DNA from: Macrostomum lignano
Lineage: Eukaryota
Direction: 5' to 3'
NCBI GenBank assembly: GCA_002269645.1
Contig: NIVC01003791.1
Coordinates: 12,594 to 76,593, forward strand
Length of the DNA: 64,000 nucleotides
Part shown: positions 62,351-64,000 of the stretch, piece after piece
Layout: the number at the start of each line of letters is the position of its first letter
How positions within the stretch are numbered: the stretch's first letter is position 1
Notes under the pieces: model-generated
The model's database searches: none
What the model saw: only the letters and a program-made list of their open reading frames with translations
Told to the model about the DNA's origin: nothing
Program-made: the position numbers and the translations under genes

Positions 62351-63390
62351 AACCAACCGATAAACACACATGAATCAGACAAAACGGATCGGAAACCAAC
62401 CGGTAAACACACATGAATCAGACAAAACGGATCGGAAACCAACCGATAAACACACATGAATCAGACAAAACGGATCGGAAACCAACCGGTAAACACACAT
62501 GAATCAGACAAAAGATATCAGAAACCAACCGATAAATACACATGAATCAGACAAAACGGATCGGAAACCAACCGATAAACACACATGAATCAGACAAAAG
62601 ATATCGGAAACCAACCGATAAACACACATGAATCAGACAAAATATATCAGAAACCAACCGATAAACACACATGAATCAGACAAAACGGATCGGAAACCAA
62701 CCGGTAAACACACATGAATCAGACAAAACGGATCGGAAACCAACCGATAAACACACATGAATCAGACAAAACGGATCGGAAACCAACCGGTAAACACACA
62801 TGAATCAGACAAAAGATATCAGAAACCAACCGATAAATACACATGAATCAGACAAAACGGATCGGAAACCAACCGATAAACACACATGAATCAGACAAAA
62901 GATATCGGAAACCAACCGATAAACACACATGAATCAGACAAAATATATCAGAAACCAACCGATAAACACACATGAATCAGACAAAACGGATCGGAAACCA
63001 ACCGATAAACAAACATAAATCAGACAAAACATATCAGAAACCAACCGATAAATACACATGAATCAGACAAAACGGATCGGAAACCAACCGATAAAACACA
63101 TGAATCAGACAAAACGGATCGGAAACCAACCGATAAACACACATGAATCAGACAAATATATCAGAAACCAACCGATAAACACACATAAATCAGACAAAAA
63201 ACATATCAGAAACCAACCGATAAACACACATGAATCAGACAAAACGGATCGGAAACCAACCGATAAACACACATGAATCAGACAAAACATATCAGAAACC
63301 AACCGATAAACACACATGAATCAGACAAAACGGATCGGAAACCAACCGATAAATACACATGAATCAGACAAAATATATCAGAAACCAACC
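62351..63390. repeat. 43-bp minisatellite AACCAACCGATAAACACACATGAATCAGACAAAACGGATCGGA with a 301-bp (7-unit) higher-order duplication
   Basis: Period 43 at 62351/62394; the variant pattern recurs at 62401/62702. Confidence 0.95.
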
Positions 63391-64000
63391 AAGCGAGGCA
63401 GCATTATGCAAAACGTAGAATATAATTGTCCTGCTGATTCGAGCAAAATCAGAGACAGATTAGTGCAACAGGAGCTGCTGAACCGGTCCAGAGCGGGCGC
63501 GGATGGACAACATTCGTTGCACGTTCAAGGGTAAACGTCGCATTGAAAAAAAAACCATGGAGAAAAGTTTCGCAGTTCGAGAAAAGATTATTAGGGGACG
63601 CCCTAACTTTCATACGGCATCAAAACGACTGCACCTGCTAACCAGCAAGTCGAGGGTGCAAGTCGAGGGTCGAGGACCAGTTTCGGGGACAGTTGCATTG
63701 GGCCGACTGCACTTTTCCATCCTGGCCTGGAGGGGCACCCTGAACATTGTATACACGAAATAGACAAGATTCGACGCAGGTCGTCTGTCTCTCTGTCTGT
63801 CCCTACAGAGTCTGAAATCTACTAATCTGTATTCATTTTTGCTCCAGCAATCGGGTCCCAGCTTGGCCCCTTGACCAACAGACGGAAAAATGCCTCCATG
63901 TCCCACTGATTCCACGACTGCAGACAGACGCCTCCCAGCTGCGGGAGCTACATGAGGGGTAGGAGGGAAACAAAGGGTTCAGACTTTGAACATCTGAACG

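Noticed and set aside
61227-64000. Short ORFs and a signal-peptide exon for the NDNF-like gene
   Set aside because: No convincing hydrophobic leader with a compatible donor was found; the 5' end may be cryptic or lie outside the window.

Overview
This is metazoan (invertebrate) genomic DNA: GC-rich exons, AT-rich spacers, GT-AG introns and a very high minisatellite load. That style would fit a Macrostomum-like flatworm, but the taxon is inference only. Four spliced protein-coding genes can be assembled by hand with consistent intron phases. (1) SINHCAF/FAM60A-like, + strand, 3 coding exons, 2416-5181. (2) An Ihog/CDON/BOC-family receptor, + strand, 13 coding exons, 19551-45152, about 1394 aa: signal peptide, 4 Ig, Pro-rich linker, 2 FN3, TM and a very long Q/G/H-rich tail. 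(3) A complete cytosolic HSP90, - strand, 53305-50580, ending MEEVD, with a TATA/HSE promoter. (4) An NDNF/Nord-like secreted protein, - strand, 60700 or further upstream to 57750, with an internal RHRR site and an extreme polybasic C-tail; its 5' end was not located. Non-coding content includes two inverted tRNA-CORE SINEs bracketing one exon, a solo-LTR-like element, a 288-bp hairpin carrying Penelope-type hammerhead-like motifs on both strands, a MULE-like element with a 9-bp TSD, several MITEs and about 20 unrelated minisatellites. Most receptor introns carry their own array, and several arrays are built from splice-site-like motifs. Most long ORFs in the track are artefacts of tandem repeats or of antisense codon bias. 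All family assignments are from memory of the family sequences; no search was run.
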